Shown here piece after piece: positions 1-14,835 of a stretch of DNA of 64,000 nucleotides. This DNA is from Lama guanicoe (taxonomy: Eukaryota): the NCBI GenBank assembly GCA_013239625.1, contig MU056000.1, forward strand, positions 15,156,851-15,220,850, given 5' to 3'. The notes under the pieces were generated by a model that did not search any database, was not told the DNA's origin, and saw only the letters and a program-made list of their open reading frames with translations. Both the position numbers and the translations under genes were made by a program. Numbering within the stretch: the first letter of the stretch is position 1; every line of letters starts with the position of its first letter.

Positions 1-654
1 AAATGTTTGATTCAAAAATAATCTGAAGAAATCCAGTTCAGTTATTTAAAACAGACAAGGAAATGCGCAAGGGAAGGAGGCAGAGAACTGTATGAATTTT
101 TCAGCTCTTTTCTATTATATGATCTCTTAGAATGTGGAATAACGTTATCTATCCATATATTGTCATAAAATAATAAAATTTCAAAACTATCACTGTTTAA
201 TAGAAATATGGAACTACAGGCAATGGTTTGCATCAATCTCTGGCTGCACTGTGGAAGCTGAACACAGCACTGCAGGCTTGACTTGTGGTAGAGCCAGATC
301 TGACCTCACAGATCACCCAGTAACAATGTCATAAAGGAAAGCCTATGGGGTAAAGAAATACACAAAGGAACCACTGCAGACCAGGGGAGGTAGAGCCCTT
401 CTGAAAGGCTGGGTAATTTTTGTCTTAATATGGCGTTTAATGTCTCTACTTTTTCTATACTTGGCAGACTATAAGGACAGTCATTCAGAGGAGAAGGCAA
501 CCATGCAAAATCATTGATGGGATATGCTTGTGAAAGGAGTCTTTCCCTCACTTGATAGGGTTAGTAGAAACTGAAAACACTTCCCCTCTATTCTATTCTA
601 ATAATTTTCTCTATAAATGTCCTTTTTCCTGTTGTGCTCTCTCTAGCTCTCTTG

Positions 655-678
655 CTCTCTCTCTCTCTCTCTCTCTCT
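655..678. repeat. (CT)12 microsatellite
   Basis: Perfect CT run read directly. Confidence 0.95.
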
Positions 679-1282
679 GTCTGCCTCTTCAAGGGACACA
701 TATTCCAATTATAAGAATTAACTCAACTATCCAGGCAGGCTCAGAGCTCAGAAGTAACAGCCTATCCAAAACCATATTACTTTCTCGTGCCCAAGTTAGG
801 ACTATCAACACAGAACATAAGATCAGGATTAATTAAAAGGGTATGCCATTTAAGGCAGGTCTGGCTGGACAAGATGAGAGCTGAATCACTTTCAAATATA
901 TACATTGTGGTACTTCATCCTGAAGGAGAAAAAGAAATCAGGTTAAAAATGAATGCATCTTTGCTGGTCATGTGACATGTAAATTACGGAAGAACTTCAT
1001 AAATAGTAATAGCACAGGTTTAAATATACGGTGTTAACTTGGAGTAATAATGTTTCTATCATATAGGGAACCCATAAGATAATACAAAAACAAACAACAA
1101 CAACAAAAAAGGGGAAATAAATAAGTAAGGCAAGAGCCTCTACTAATTTAGCAATGACTGCAAGTTTTCACTACATGGGCATTCTTTGGTAACCTGGTCC
1201 AAAAAGGATTTTTTTATTGAGTAAAAGGTAAAAGCTTTGCATAATTAGGAGCATTTAGTGTAAGGGTTATTGCAAGTCTCTT

Positions 1283-1720
1283 TAATGGAGGTGAACACAA
1301 ACAAAAATCTCCCAAAAGATAAGAAGCAAAAGATATTTTTCAGAACTTGATATATTGAGGGAGTCAGCTACCATCAAAAGGCAGACAGGGAACAGAAAAA
1401 AACTGTAGCAGAAAGAAGAGAAAGCTTTACATGTGGCCTGATTGGAGATTGTTAGCACAGGGACTCTGGGGGTCAGCCAGCTAGAACAGGGCATCCTATG
1501 TGATTGGCTAAGCCTCACAGTCGGCTTTCTGTGGTTGGTTCAAAGTTGAAGCTGGAGGGCAAAAATTAGGGAAGCTATCAGTTATCAACCAATTCCGTAC
1601 CATTCGGGACCAAATGCTGTAGAGGTCTGTGCTTCAGACTGGTTGCTGCAGGGGTTATAGGTCAGTGTTCTATTCTGATACATGGGATGACCATTGGCCA
1701 TCGGTATATTCCATCTCTCA
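1283..1720 (-). mobile_element. ERV1-class solo LTR, MER89/MER90-like
   Basis: Minus strand begins TGAGAGATGGAATATACCGATGGCCAATGGTCATCCCATGTATCAGAATAGAACACTGACCTATAACCCCTGCAGCAACCAG, resembling the recalled MER89/MER90 5' end; internal AAAAATTAGGGAAGCTATCAGTTAT also fits. Subfamily is tentative. Confidence 0.65.
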
Positions 1721-2324
1721 CGGTAGAAGGGCAGACACTGCTTCAGCATTTCAGGTAATTAGGATTCAGTAAGTCACATAGTGCTTCATCTCTACTTTCT
1801 GGATGTGGCGATTGGTTCAAAGATGCATTTTTCATTCAAGCTGCATTGATCATATTATTCCAATTCCCATAGACCTATTAGACAGGTCAAGAGGCTAAAC
1901 TAGGAACCAGAGTCCTTTGATAATACATTTGAACTTGGAATGAAGGGAGAGCAAGACTCAGTTGGGAAAACGGGGGATTGTAAAACTTGGAATTGACAAC
2001 AATTCTACCTCTACAGCTGTGCTGGAGACCAGTCTGAGAATTGAGGCTGAGATCCAGGGGAAGGCAGAGATGAGAAATCAGTAGAAAAAGTCTCTAAAAT
2101 GGAAATTCCATGCTTCTGTGAAACATAAAGCCAAGCAGCACCCCTGCCTTCCTCTTTTGGAGATTTTGCACAAGAGCTAGAAATTCCCGTTTACCAAAGT
2201 GTTTTTGTGTTAATCTCTCGCAGTCAAATGGATCTTGATTATTACTCATTAAGTGTTTATGAAGTCCTTGTTATGGATCTCATGCTGGGACCACAGTACT
2301 GGTGTTCCCTGGTATTTGCTTCTT

Positions 2325-2580
2325 TTCCCTTCAAGGCACATAGAGACCATACTTCCAACCCCACCCACACCCTCCTTGCAGTTGGGAAGGGTCATGAGAC
2401 TCCAGGATAATGACATATGAGCACAAGTGACATGTGTCACATCTGAGCTGAGACATTTAAATGCTGAAGGAATTATCTCAACTCTTCCTGCCTTCTGCTG
2501 GTAAATATTATGGAAGAGGCTCCGTGTCACCTTCATGACACTGGGTGATGATCAGTAATGAAGCTGAAAGGTCACCAGAC
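2325..2580 (+). mobile_element. Old MaLR LTR fragment (MLT1 J/K-like)
   Basis: CCTCCTTGCAGTTGGGAAGGGTCATGAGACT...ATGAGCACAAGTGACATGTGTCACATCTGAG resembles the MLT1 core motif. Confidence 0.55.
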
Positions 2581-4205
2581 ACTGGTAAGTGAAGACAGAT
2601 TAGAGTTGAGACTTTGTCCCGGGGGCATTGAATATCTAGCAGGTATTTTGATGATATATTCTGTTCAAAGCAGTGTGCTCGTGACAATTGAAAGTGATCC
2701 CACGCCCTTATAAGCTGGTTGTTGACGTTGTCAGATGTGTGTTCTGGAAGGCTCACTCCGGCTGCCTTGTGCAAAAGAGATTAGCAAGGAAAAACCAGTA
2801 AAGAGCTCATTGTCTGCATGAGACAGAAAAAGTGGGCAATACTTTCGTTAACTGCCTTTTTGTCCACAACCAAAAATGTTCTCTGGGTGGGGAAGTGAGA
2901 GAGAAAACGAAGACAGGTCACTAAAAATCAGAAAGTTCGTCATGTTAAGAATAGTTATGTGCTAGCCTGCTTATCATTTTCTTTCATGCCTGAGAGTGCC
3001 TTCCGTAAGCACATTCTGGAAAACGATAAAACCAATAAACTGAAATAGAATAAAACCTACTAGACATTAGAATTGCAGCACCAGATAAGCACATGACTAC
3101 AACATATAAATGTGCAATTTTATGCCTACATGTACATGAAGTAGAAAGAAACTTTAACTGAATTGGGGTAAATTAATCAATAAGACGCTTTTGTATACAG
3201 CATTTGTTTTGGCTTATTGAGTTTTCTTTATTTTTAAAGCACATGAGTATATAATACCTCAGGAAAGATCTGTTTTCCATGCATTTCTTTGATAAAGTGC
3301 AGAAGAAATAATAAAGAGGTGTGCCTTCCTCTTCAGTGTGAGGTCGGCAGACATAAATAAGCTTTTTTGTGCATAACATTAAAAGCACAAGACCAAAGCT
3401 TCTGATCTGTACAGTGTTTTATTCTTTCTCTGAAAAAATAGTGAGAGTGAGGGAAAAGCCATTTAGGAGAAATAACTGTCTTCTAACAGCCAGCTTGCAG
3501 AAACTAAAGCAAACAGCAATGATGGGGAAAAAAAAGGTGTTTTGACACTCTGGTAAATGAAAGTGTAAGATGCACAGAAATATATTAGAGGTGCATGTGT
3601 ATCTGTGGCCTGGGAAAATTGCTGATTATAAAGGAGAGAGTTAATGATCTCTAATTGTGTTGTAATTTGAATGCAGTGTAATAGTAATGAAGATAACAGG
3701 TTTGTGTGTTAACATGAATAATGTTAGAGGCGTGGAGGCACGATGTTTGGGATAATTAATTCCATCCCCCACTCCCTATACACACATGCATATATAAACT
3801 GAATTAGGGCTGAAAGAGAATCCAAAGAAGCCAAAATAGTCTCTGAACAACTTTAATATTGTATAGGAGATTAAATTACTATTTCTGATGTTCTCTGTGA
3901 CTATCTCGTTTAGTTTCTGTCATGTGTGCTTTTTATTTTAAGGTTTTTTTTTAATGAACTGAATAATATATAAAAATCTACAGACCTATGCAGAAAGTTT
4001 GGATGCAGTGCCACTTAGAGCTTTTATCTCACAGCAAATCCTAGTAATTTTCTGATGGTATATGTTTTTTGTGGTGTTTGTTTAGAGCTTTGAGAGTGTG
4101 TGTGTGTTACTCTTACCCTATTCACTTCAAGGAAAACATATTAGACAATTGCTATAGCAAAGATATTTTGCATCCAGCGTCAAGCAGCTTCTATTTCTAG
4201 AATAA

Positions 4206-4230
4206 AAAATAAAATAAAATAAAATAAAAT
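4206..4230. repeat. (AAAAT)5 simple repeat
   Basis: Read directly. Confidence 0.9.
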
Positions 4231-5344
4231 AGCTTATGAAAATAGTAGAAGCATATTACTTAAGAACAGACTACTAAGAAATGGACAAAGGCATTTAGAG
4301 GTGAATAACAGAAATGCGAATTAAGAAGCAGAGAATAAAATGATTCAGTTCTGTGCCTAAAAGCAGAGGATGCCCTTTTCAGGGTTCTAAGAGCCTACGA
4401 AGCAGTGATGATTTCATCATTTTATTATTCGCTCTCGTTCTACAAAATTATTTTGCTTGGATGACTTTAACTAATGCCAGAAACTTTCAATTCACCACTA
4501 TAATTATCACAGCATTCCAAGGAATCATTAAAAAACCAAACCAAACCAAACTAAACTTGATAAGTTGTTTGCAAAAGGACTATACATTTTATTTGCTTTT
4601 AAGGCAAGGCTTGGAGAGCAATCTCTGCCTGTGTGTGTCCTCTGTACTTACCAATGTCAATAGGAAGTCCAAATTCATGGAGAGACCAGACACTGACACC
4701 ACCTGGGCAATCCAAACAACGCTTGGTTATAAAAATTTACAGAAGAAAAGCTGCACATTCAAGTTCATGACAAAACAATGTACGTTTCAAGGGACTGGAT
4801 ACCAGTGTCCTTGTCGGGGGAGCCCCCACTGCAGATCATAATTTCTGAGACAGGGAAGGTTTTCTCACACCTCAGAAAGATCCACACCCCAATGACTGGT
4901 GCACCTTTAAACTTTAAACTTGTAGCTTAAGCAAGTCTTCTTTTAAGCTTATCTGGACATATGCCAGAGATTAGCTCCTTTAGGCCTGGTGCACTTCATT
5001 TGTCACAATTATGCAATATGCAATTTGAATACAGGGTACAGTGTAGGTCAGTGCATGTAGGCATAACAGAAGGTTTTATTAATCATCCCTGGCCCCTGCA
5101 GGCTAAGTTATCCTCCTTGAAGTTTATATGTGTGCTGAGAACTAGAACAGAACTTCAAGGCTAGAATAAGGCTCACTTACCCCGACATCTTTGGAAGCTC
5201 ATGAGATGCTACACTGCATCCCATGGAATAGCTTTTTACATAAATAAGGTCATATTTTACCACCAGCTGTTTGACTCCCATGCCTATATCTTAATTCATT
5301 TTGAATTTGAAGAGGGGAAAATGGAGAGTTATTTATGGGTCTCC

Positions 5345-5719
5345 TGTACCAGCTTGGGTAACACTAGTAACTTTAACTAATGGTCCTCAAGGTTAAGTGA
5401 GATTAAAGGTTAAATTTTATTCCTCATTGACAACACTGAAATACAGACATTCCTGGTCAGTGGGTGGCTTTGTCCACATGGTAATTCAGGAACTCAATTA
5501 AGGCCTCCTTCAGTCTTGTAGATCCGACCATCTATAGCGCCTTGGGTTTCTCCATTTTCATCAGACAAATGTGGAAAGAACTGGAGAGTCAGGGAGAGAT
5601 GTATGTGGTCCAGCCTTGGACGTAGTGCATGTTAACTAGGACTCAGCCATATGGGAATCTAGGCAAGCCGTGTACCCAGGAGGAAAAATTTTAGTGAAGA
5701 GCTATCTACCTCTGCCTCA
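5345..5719 (-). mobile_element. MaLR LTR (MLT1J-like)
   Basis: TGTCCACATGGTAATTCAGGAACTCA...GTGTACCCAGGAGGAAAAATTTTAGTGAAGAGCTATCTACCTCTGCCTCA resembles antisense MLT1J. Confidence 0.6.
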
Positions 5720-8700
5720 GCTTTTCAAATCCAACTTCCTGGAATGTAGATCCACAGAAAACAATAAATAGAGACATTATATTATGTAAAGGTGCTTACA
5801 ACACATTTTGTTGTTGGTGTTTTTATTAATACACCTGACTTTGCCTATTGCAAGTTCCCATCACTTGTAGGATTCTTGGACCAATGATCTTCAAATGGGA
5901 GTAGAAGTGGGGAGAGATTACATACATATCCAGAAAAACCCAAACTTAACACTCCTAATAAGGTATGCTTAATATGAATATGAGGAAGACATGGTAACAG
6001 GCCCCTAGGACATGTAAGACAGTTTCTATAATCCATCTCCTCACCTGTCTTTACTAGCCTTGCTTGTTTCTCTCTATATCAATCTTATCTTATGTGTTCT
6101 TGTACACAGAGAATAACAATAAAATATGCTCAACTATCTGACAAACTGTGAAACCTATAATCTATCTACATGTATCATTTTATATCTTATTATATATTAT
6201 TTGCCATTTTAAAAATTATTTTATCAATAGTTATTAAATGAGTCAGTATTACTTCTGTTTTTTTGCCTTCCTATTTCTTAACTTCATGTCATCTTATTGT
6301 TTACCATGCTTACCATACTGTGTAGTGGCTAGAGTTCACGTTCCCAATGTAGACTCTTCTGAGATCTTTATCCCATGTTACTGATGACAGAAAGTAAACT
6401 ACACTTCATCTGAGGAAGAAAATAATAGTATTGAGATGGGAGGCCAATTTCCAATTGAATGAGCTGTTTGCGCCCACCACAGGATTATTTTTACATTATG
6501 GATTAGCAAACCAGTGAGTTATATAAAATATGGGCAGGGCGTTATTAATCTGGAGAATTTTAACACTTATAACATAGTAGTTCATATTATATAGTAATAC
6601 CTCGCCCTGTACTATGTGTTCTAATGTGTGTCCAGATACAGATTTTTCTCACACGATTGTAAAATCTCTATCACTTGCCTTCTCCCAGTGACTCGGAGAG
6701 TGAGACGTTTGAAAAATAGCATTTAGTTGTATAAGAACGGTGTGCAATAAACTGTAACTGAGCAGTCCTGCTGTAGATTGTATATAGCGTAGCCTATGTG
6801 TGTTTCTTAGAAGGATGTAACATTTCTTGCAAGGTGCAAATCTAAAATTATTTATTTATTTTGTGCTTTAAATATGCTTTTTAAAAAATTAGAAATAAAC
6901 TCTCAGCAATGAGTTTAAAAATGTGATTTTAATAAAAAATTAAGACTGTGTTGATGAGAAGTATGTAACTCACAAAACCCGAGGGCCGCAATGTGGTCAC
7001 AAATCCTTGTAAATAGATGCATCAATATCTTTTTAAAAAAAGAGAAAAAAGGGAAAAAAGAAGCATTCTCTGACATAGCATGAAGCCTAGCAAAAAGATA
7101 TTTCCAACAGCTCTATGATCATATACAGAGGACAGAATGTCTGCCCCAAACAAAGATAATGTTGGCTAGTTTCAGGAGACCCAACAGAAAGAGTAGAATT
7201 TTCCCCAGATGCCTCATTATAAAGCAGTTTCATGTACAATGTTCACCTCACAGTTTCACAAAGATCATTACCATCATCAGACCTCCACGGACCTCTACGC
7301 TCCATAGGGGATGGTTCTTACTCCCCAGAAGCTACTGAGAAAATCAGGAGACTAAGAAGAAAGGGCAAGTGAGGTACAATTAAACTCCTTTGTTTACAGG
7401 AGCCTGGGTTCCTGAGTTTGATTTTGCTATTAAAATAGCCCTAGGGAAAATTTACGTATGATCAATTTAGGTTTCAAATGTTGTAACTCTCCATAAAGCT
7501 TTTTTTCTTCTCTCACGTCTTCTATTTTTCGTAATCAAGGTATAAAACATATTAATGCTTTGTCACAAATAATGACTGTGAGATTATATTTTAGTTTGGA
7601 GATTTCAGAGTCATTTTATAAGAATTAGTTCAGTTGGTACACATTTTGTCTGAAAAGTCTAAGTATTACCATTAAAAGCCCAGTTTAACTGCTTTGGAAA
7701 AACATGTTTGACATGATATTCAGTCTGCCAGACTTCACATTTCATTCTCTGTACATCAGCTTCTATGATGACTCACTTCTTTCTCCCAAAATTCCTTCCC
7801 TTAGATTTCAAAGCATTAAGACTTAAACGCTTTTAAAAAAATCTATGGGTAGCAATTAATTATCTATACATTAATAAATTATATTAAATGTCTAATCAGG
7901 GTCTTAGTTTTGAAAATGCAGAGAGAAACACTTATAAGCTGTATTGGCAAAGAATTCTGAATTTAATTTGGATATTTGCAACAATATTTGCAACAATAAA
8001 ATAAACAAACACTAAGATGTTCCTGTCAGTCCTAGAATTACGGCAGAGATAAAGAATGCTGAGGGTTCAGGAAGACTTGAGAAAAGTGGTTTTGAACTAA
8101 GTCTTGAAGACTGGTGAGATTATGGTCAGGCAGATATGAAAACCACCCTATTATGTTGAACTATTCCCCCAACTCCTAGATGATAAATATTGTTTTTTAT
8201 TACCTTCAGAGTTTCCATCCAAGCCACAATGGGTATATTATAATAATAGTATTCAAAATGCTGGGGAAAAGAGTTCATGATATCTTAGAGCTTAGACTTA
8301 GAGGTGTGAGACTTGAGGGAGAGATCATTGAATAGAATTTTGTTCACCAATCTGACATTTTTAAGTTTTAGGAAAAGTTGGATATAACTCTACTACAGCT
8401 ATTGGTGGGTCTTTGAGAAGGTTAGAGAAGGTAATTAGATATTATTTATACAACAACTCCCAAGTAGGCAGTCAGTATCTTCTCCTGTCGGGAGGAAGTG
8501 TTCAACAGGGACTGGGTCACGTGGGAGGGCGTACAAGTTGAGTGAAGCATGGCATGTATGGCTTCTTAATGAGAGTTTGAGTCTAAGTACTACTCTATTG
8601 CTTCCCTTTGTACTGATCTCTCTTACATCAAAATAATATAAATATGGAGAAGTCCTCTCAATGCTAGAAGGTACTTGCAACTCTCTTCTTGGATCCTGCA

Positions 8701-11700
8701 CAGCGAGGGGAGTGCTCAGTGGAGCTATGGAAGCAGCCTGTGGCAGTGTCACCCTCCTTAAGGGAGCACAATGGACTAAACCTTACATAACATGGTATCT
8801 TACCATTTCAAGGAATACATTGAGTTAAATGAATAGTAAATCAGATACTTTGCCAAAGCTATTGATCGATAGTTCTATTAAAACTAAAGGGGAATTAAGA
8901 AAATGTGAGTTCTAACTATTCATGCAGGGAGTTAGTGGTATTTCTTTAAAAATAATCATGGGCACCAGGGCCGTTAGATCCCAAACTGATGGCATTTTAA
9001 TCTATACGAAAACAGATGGAACATACATGCTACATATGGCTTTCTTTATCACCTATGCATGTCACTAAAAGAGAATGAAATGTCCCACTAAAACAATTCA
9101 AAGAATATTAAATGGGATGTTAATAACTGCTATTTTTTAATATAGAAAAGGAGAAATGTTTAATAATTAATCAAAATTTACTGATGAGCTACAATGGTAA
9201 AAAATCAAGGAGAGCTAGAATTTACAGGACTTTTATCTGAAATAATAAAAGAGAGTTTTTTGGCAGTGCTTTAATTATTTGCTTTATCAGTGCATTTTAA
9301 ATAAATTATTAAAAATAAAGATTATAACTAAGATTTTTTTCAAAATTACAGCAAAAATATAACTGGTAACAGAGAGATTGAATATATAGGAGATGAAGTC
9401 CATGAATATGTAGAGTGAATTCTGTACTGTTTTGTTATTAAGACTGAGGAAATAATGGACATTTTCTGTGATAATTTGGCTAGATAGGAAAGTGCCCTCA
9501 TTTTGAAAATGCCTACACATTGTTCATAGAAGCTAAGAATATATAAAACAGTGGCCTCAATAAATACCTGATTGCAATGCATTGCAAAATTCAGTAGTAA
9601 TCTTGTTAAAATGCCTATGGATTCCATTCAATTTGTCTAGATTGTGGGTAAAGTAGTAAGGGAGAGAGATTTTATTAAATGTCCCTTAAGATAAAATAAA
9701 ACTTTGTCACCTCCTAAAACACTGTATTTAGTTTCATTCCTATTTTTATAACATAGCATGTGATGTATTTCCTTCCACAGAGAAAATCTAATGAATGACA
9801 ATGAAATGGTTTTAATTTGAGTTATGATAAAAGTAGGTGTGCCATGGATACTATATTATCTGAACTAAAAGAATTCTAACTTAATTATTTTGAAGTTCAA
9901 ATTCTTTCACAGACAGAGTGTCTGTGTGTAAGTGAGTGAGTACATAAATCTATAGTGAATTTTTAGTATAGCGAGAAAATAGAACTATTTATTTACATTG
10001 AATCGTCAAAGGAATTAAGCGAAGAATCTGAGATGTAATAGATAAAAAGTTTCCCCAAAGTTAGGAATAATAAATTAGTTGAATGAAAATGTTTCAAAAT
10101 AACTTGGAAAGACTGAGAATAAATTTCAACCCACAGCCTACTGAACAGAGAGTTCCAAAACCCATATGAAAGTTAAAGAAGAAAACAGTTTCCCCTTCTG
10201 AGTATTAGATCTTGAGTTACTGCAAACTGAATCTTGATTATCAATTATTGATCAAACTTAATGAAGATCCAGAGTTCAGATTAGCAAGTTATTTGAATGT
10301 TATACCTTCACAATGAAAAGATTATTCATGTTATTTATTTGAGCTTAAATATACTTCTATATAAATAATTTATCCTCTCAGTGGAGAACAGATGAACTTC
10401 TGCTTTTGGTTTTATCTATGAACTAAAGCTTAAGAAATTTTGCATGGAACACTGCACTATGTCACAATGCAACATTATATAATTTCTGCTGTTTCTTTAC
10501 CCGTTGGTTGAACTGTCATTGCTGCATTTGTCTTTGCTGATTATTTTTTTTATTAATTAAATGACCCAGTTTATTGAAAACTAGAAGAATATTGGACAAC
10601 TATTAATTTTTTTAACCTCTCTAGGTCATTTTGCAGGCATCACCTTCCAGCATATTTGTTTCTGCATACTCTACATATTTAATACCTATGAATTCCCATT
10701 TCATAATATTTGTTCAGCCATCCACATCATTAATAATGTTATTAAGTAAGGACAAACCCAGCACCAGCTACTCCCTTCCACCTTGAAATATTGTGCTGAT
10801 GTAGAGGTTGTGTCTGCTTGAATTTTTAAAAAAATTCTTTAAGGATTATTGATGTGGAATTAGCTTTCCAACAAAGGAAATCTTTAGTACATATTTAAGA
10901 AAAACTAAGTTAATGCACAATAGGGAAATGATATTCAACATAGTACCAGGAGGTAGCAGGTCTGGGTCACACTGCAGGATGGTTAGATTTTTGAGATGGA
11001 AGGAAAGACAATTAGTGAAAGCTGAAGAATGGGGAGGTGGGGACCAAAAAACCCTCTGTCTTTGCAGATTTGTTAAGAATCAATTCTGAGGGATTTTCAG
11101 TTTTTTTCAGGCTCTAAAATGATGCTTTTCTTGAGCTCTCTTTAAATTGATAATATTTCAGTTTCCTTTCAAGTGTCAGAGTAGGAAACTTTCAATCAGA
11201 GGAGCTCTTTCTATTCACAATCTGGGAAATCAATTTTCCTGTTGTTTAAGTCAATATGTGCAATTTGTAAAAAAACGTATTTTGGTATTCCATTCTTCTT
11301 AAATTTGGCCTATTTAATATTGTTTAGTCATATACCAACAGTGCAACAGAAACAGATTAAACAAGGAATTTTACTTTTTCTGCACTTAAAGTAAAATGAA
11401 GACAAAAGTCTGATACTTATTTTTAGAGACTATGACAAACTTCATAATACACAGTCTATTTTAATGAAAACATTTTCCCCAAGCAACAAGAATAAGCAAT
11501 AGATTACATATTCTCTTTAACTGTAATGAAAAACAAAGGCATAAACTTTAAGATACCACCTTATTTTCCTTTCTGCCCTTAAGACACTCCTTAGTATAAA
11601 AAGGGTACTATTTACAAAAATCAATTTCCCTATGTTTCATGATTAAATTACCTTCTACTCTTGCTAGCCATTTGCTAAGCATGCAAAATTAAGAAAACAG

Positions 11701-14199
11701 AAGAGTAATATGAGATGGAGAACTCAAAACAAATTAACTTTATATCAGCTAAGAAACTGTAATATCTAATGACAGAAACCACTACTCAATGACACTTAAC
11801 AAAAGGAAATTATGCTTAAAAAAATAGGAATATTCATAGAAACACATATGTATTCTTTATGTTGTTATGAAATGATTAAATTGAGAATTTGATAATTTAT
11901 TGATTAAAATATACTGTGTTTTCCATTTCTTTGTTTCAAGGTTCCCTCCAGCTATAAGCCTTATAATTAAAACCTAGTTTTCCATGCCAGTTTGCCACTT
12001 TTTGGCCAAAAGTGTATGGCCCTCTTTTTTTTAACAGATTTTTCTGCTTGGTTTTTATAGATACATGTTAGAAGGAAGAAGAAATTTTTTGAAAAATCGA
12101 GATTGAGAACCATCTGAGGGATTTATACATAGAGTTTTTACCAGTGATCTAGCATTCAAAACTTTACCCCAGCTTCTTGAATCTTAACTGAAAGCTCCCT
12201 ACTCATAAGGTACTTTATAATATACTGAGTTAAATTCCATTCACTATAAGATAAATTGATTAAATTAAGATGTATATTGTAATTCCTAGATAAAATACAG
12301 AGTGAAAGAAAAAAAAACAGCACAAGACAAAACAATAACAAAAACCCTAGCTATGAATAATAAGGCAATAGTGGAGATTAAATAGAATTATACAGATAAT
12401 TAATACAAATGCAGAAAGAAAAAGAATAGAACAAAAATCAGGTGGGAAAAAAGAAAATCACATATTGGATCATAGATTAAACATTTTATAAATATCTCTC
12501 AAAAAGATGTTAATTTTCCTATATTGTTTTTGGCCTTAAAACATCCATTGTTAGTTTTCTGGCTTTTGTTGTTTTTCATAAATACAGCTCTAAAAGTGGA
12601 AGCATTTAGATCAATACGCTAGGGCCTTTGTGGTCACATTTTAATTGCTTGCCATAGTTAATTTCTTCACTCCCTACTCTCTGAAATCTTGGCTTCATAA
12701 TAAAGTAATGAGTCTAATGACTGAAACAACTCAAGTTTTAAGTAGAAATTTGTTTTAATTTCAGATTTTTCTATTGTATGACAATAAAGTAATTTTTGGA
12801 AAATTATGTTTCAAAAATGTCTTTTCAGTCCTAATTCCTGATTGAAACTATGGTGAAGGAGAAATTCTCTTGTTGTGTTCTTGTGAACACAATGATGGAC
12901 ATTCCATTTTCCTTAGGTAGCTAATTCATACTACTGTAACTCAAGAATATAATCTAATGCAGCATACGTACATGCAAGCAGTCCATGAAATACATGCTGT
13001 GCAGAGACAGACACTCCTACAAGACATGGATTTATTTAGACTACTGCTTGATGCTTAAAACTCTCCATCAAAGTTGTAACACTTGTATAGTCTCCATTTG
13101 GCCTGGATAATTTGCCAAATAGAGACTATGTAAGTGTTGTAGTGAGTTTGAAGGTTTTTTATTTTCCCCTTTTTTACCCTGAACTACACAAGATTGAGCA
13201 TCCCATCCTCTCCCTTAATCTGAGATTTTGAGAGATCACTATGGAATCCTCACTGGGGAGAGAGAATCTACATGGTGAAAACCCACCTAGATGGATCTTC
13301 CCTAACCCCCTAAATGTCAGGCCTTACAGCGAATAAGCCAGGAACTGACCTCATGAGGCAGTAATGAAAGGCCTTGTTCAACTTCTGTAGCCTGTAATAA
13401 GCACATTGTGAGGGAAGCACGCTTGGGGAAACAGGAAGCCCACATTGATCTTTATCGAACATAAACCTTGGGCTCCATCCTTGCCTATAATGAGACAAAG
13501 CTGGGAAAGGAAATTGCTCAACACAACTTACAATTTTCACTTCACGGTTTTGTATAATGTAATATGCTTCATGTTCCAATAAATGCATAATTTAATACAT
13601 ATCACATTAAAATGTATGTAAAATTATACATTAAGCATTCACTTTAATATAACATTCTTTACAAAAATCATTGTCATTACATTTTAGTTATTATAAAATT
13701 GTATTTGGCTGTGACTGGTGCTATAATGTGGAATGTTATCATATTATACTTCTAGGGACAAATATTTTTCCTGCAAATGAATTAGAATGAATATACATAA
13801 AATAATAAGACTTTTTTTTTTTCCATTAGAAGTTATAGCAGTTCGTGCCTCACAACACTGGCTGTGTGCTAGAATCAGCTGACTCCTGAGTTTTTCCTAA
13901 TAGCAAGTAACTGGCAGGGAGTGAGACTTGGAAATATTTTTCAAGCTGAATCTCTTTTATGTGTTGGAGTAGAACCAAACAACAATTATTCTTTTTTATG
14001 ATTATGTTTTTGTGTCCAAATGAAGTATTTGCTTTAATTTTGTTACAAAATTGGCAGCATTTAGTTGAAGGAAACAAACGAGCAAAAAAAAAAAGGATTT
14101 AATGGCTTAAAAAACAAACGGGGCCATATCGCCTATAACAATTACCATGTCAGAAGGTGCTTTTGCAGAGCAATTCAGTCACCGTTTCCTGATCAGTAA

Positions 14200-14590
14200 A
14201 AAAAGAAGACCTCTAATGTTTAGCTGGACATATGATCACCTGGAATAAATACTGTGTTTCCAATCCTTTCTTGAGGACTAAGCATGACTCATGGGACTAG
14301 TTTTCAGCCATGAAGGGAAGCAGAAGTGATGTGAGTAACTTCTGTGTTTTAAAGGGAAAGATGCATCCTGTTCTTCTGCTCTTGTATTTGGAAAAGCAGC
14401 TGGGATGGCTGGATCTGGAGCAGTCATGCGAGAATGGGAAAAGCAGCAACATTTGGGGGATGGCAAAGCAAGGTGGTAAAAAAATAAAAGTCTGGGTGTC
14501 CAATGATCATGGAGACTTCATATCTCACCTGGGCTGTTCGCACAACTCTGAGAAGAAAAAAATAAGAAAAAACCCAAACCTGTCTATATC
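14200..14590 (+). mobile_element. MaLR LTR remnant (MLT1J/K-like)
   Basis: GAAGCAGAAGTGATGTGAGTAACTTCTG...GGGATGGCTGGATCTGGAGCAGTCAT...GTCTGGGTGTCCAATGATCATGGAG. Confidence 0.55.
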
Positions 14591-14835
14591 GCTGAAATGA
14601 ATTCTCAGCCTTGCTTGTCCATGAGAATCATTAGGGGGATTTAACTCCACTCTGTCAACTCTAATGCAAGCGTAGCTACCTGTTCTATCCAGAGACCACA
14701 TCCTGCTCCTAGGTCATCCTGCCCTCCCCATCTTCATAGGTGCTGTTGAATTTACCCTCTGATTTTCTGCAACCAGGAGGGACTGTGGCAGTATTTTCCC
14801 CCAAGCTGACTTCTGTGCTGCAGAAACTTGCTTTA

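Noticed and set aside
4353..4841. Longest ORF (162 aa)
   Set aside because: GTG start, no recognisable domain and no convincing exon structure; compatible with chance.
8699..8716. CAGCGAGGGGAGTG as a CTCF site
   Set aside because: Core is one G short and lacks GGC; poor match.
11996..12014. TTTTGGCCAAAA palindrome
   Set aside because: A 12-bp palindrome is expected by chance in 64 kb of AT-rich DNA.
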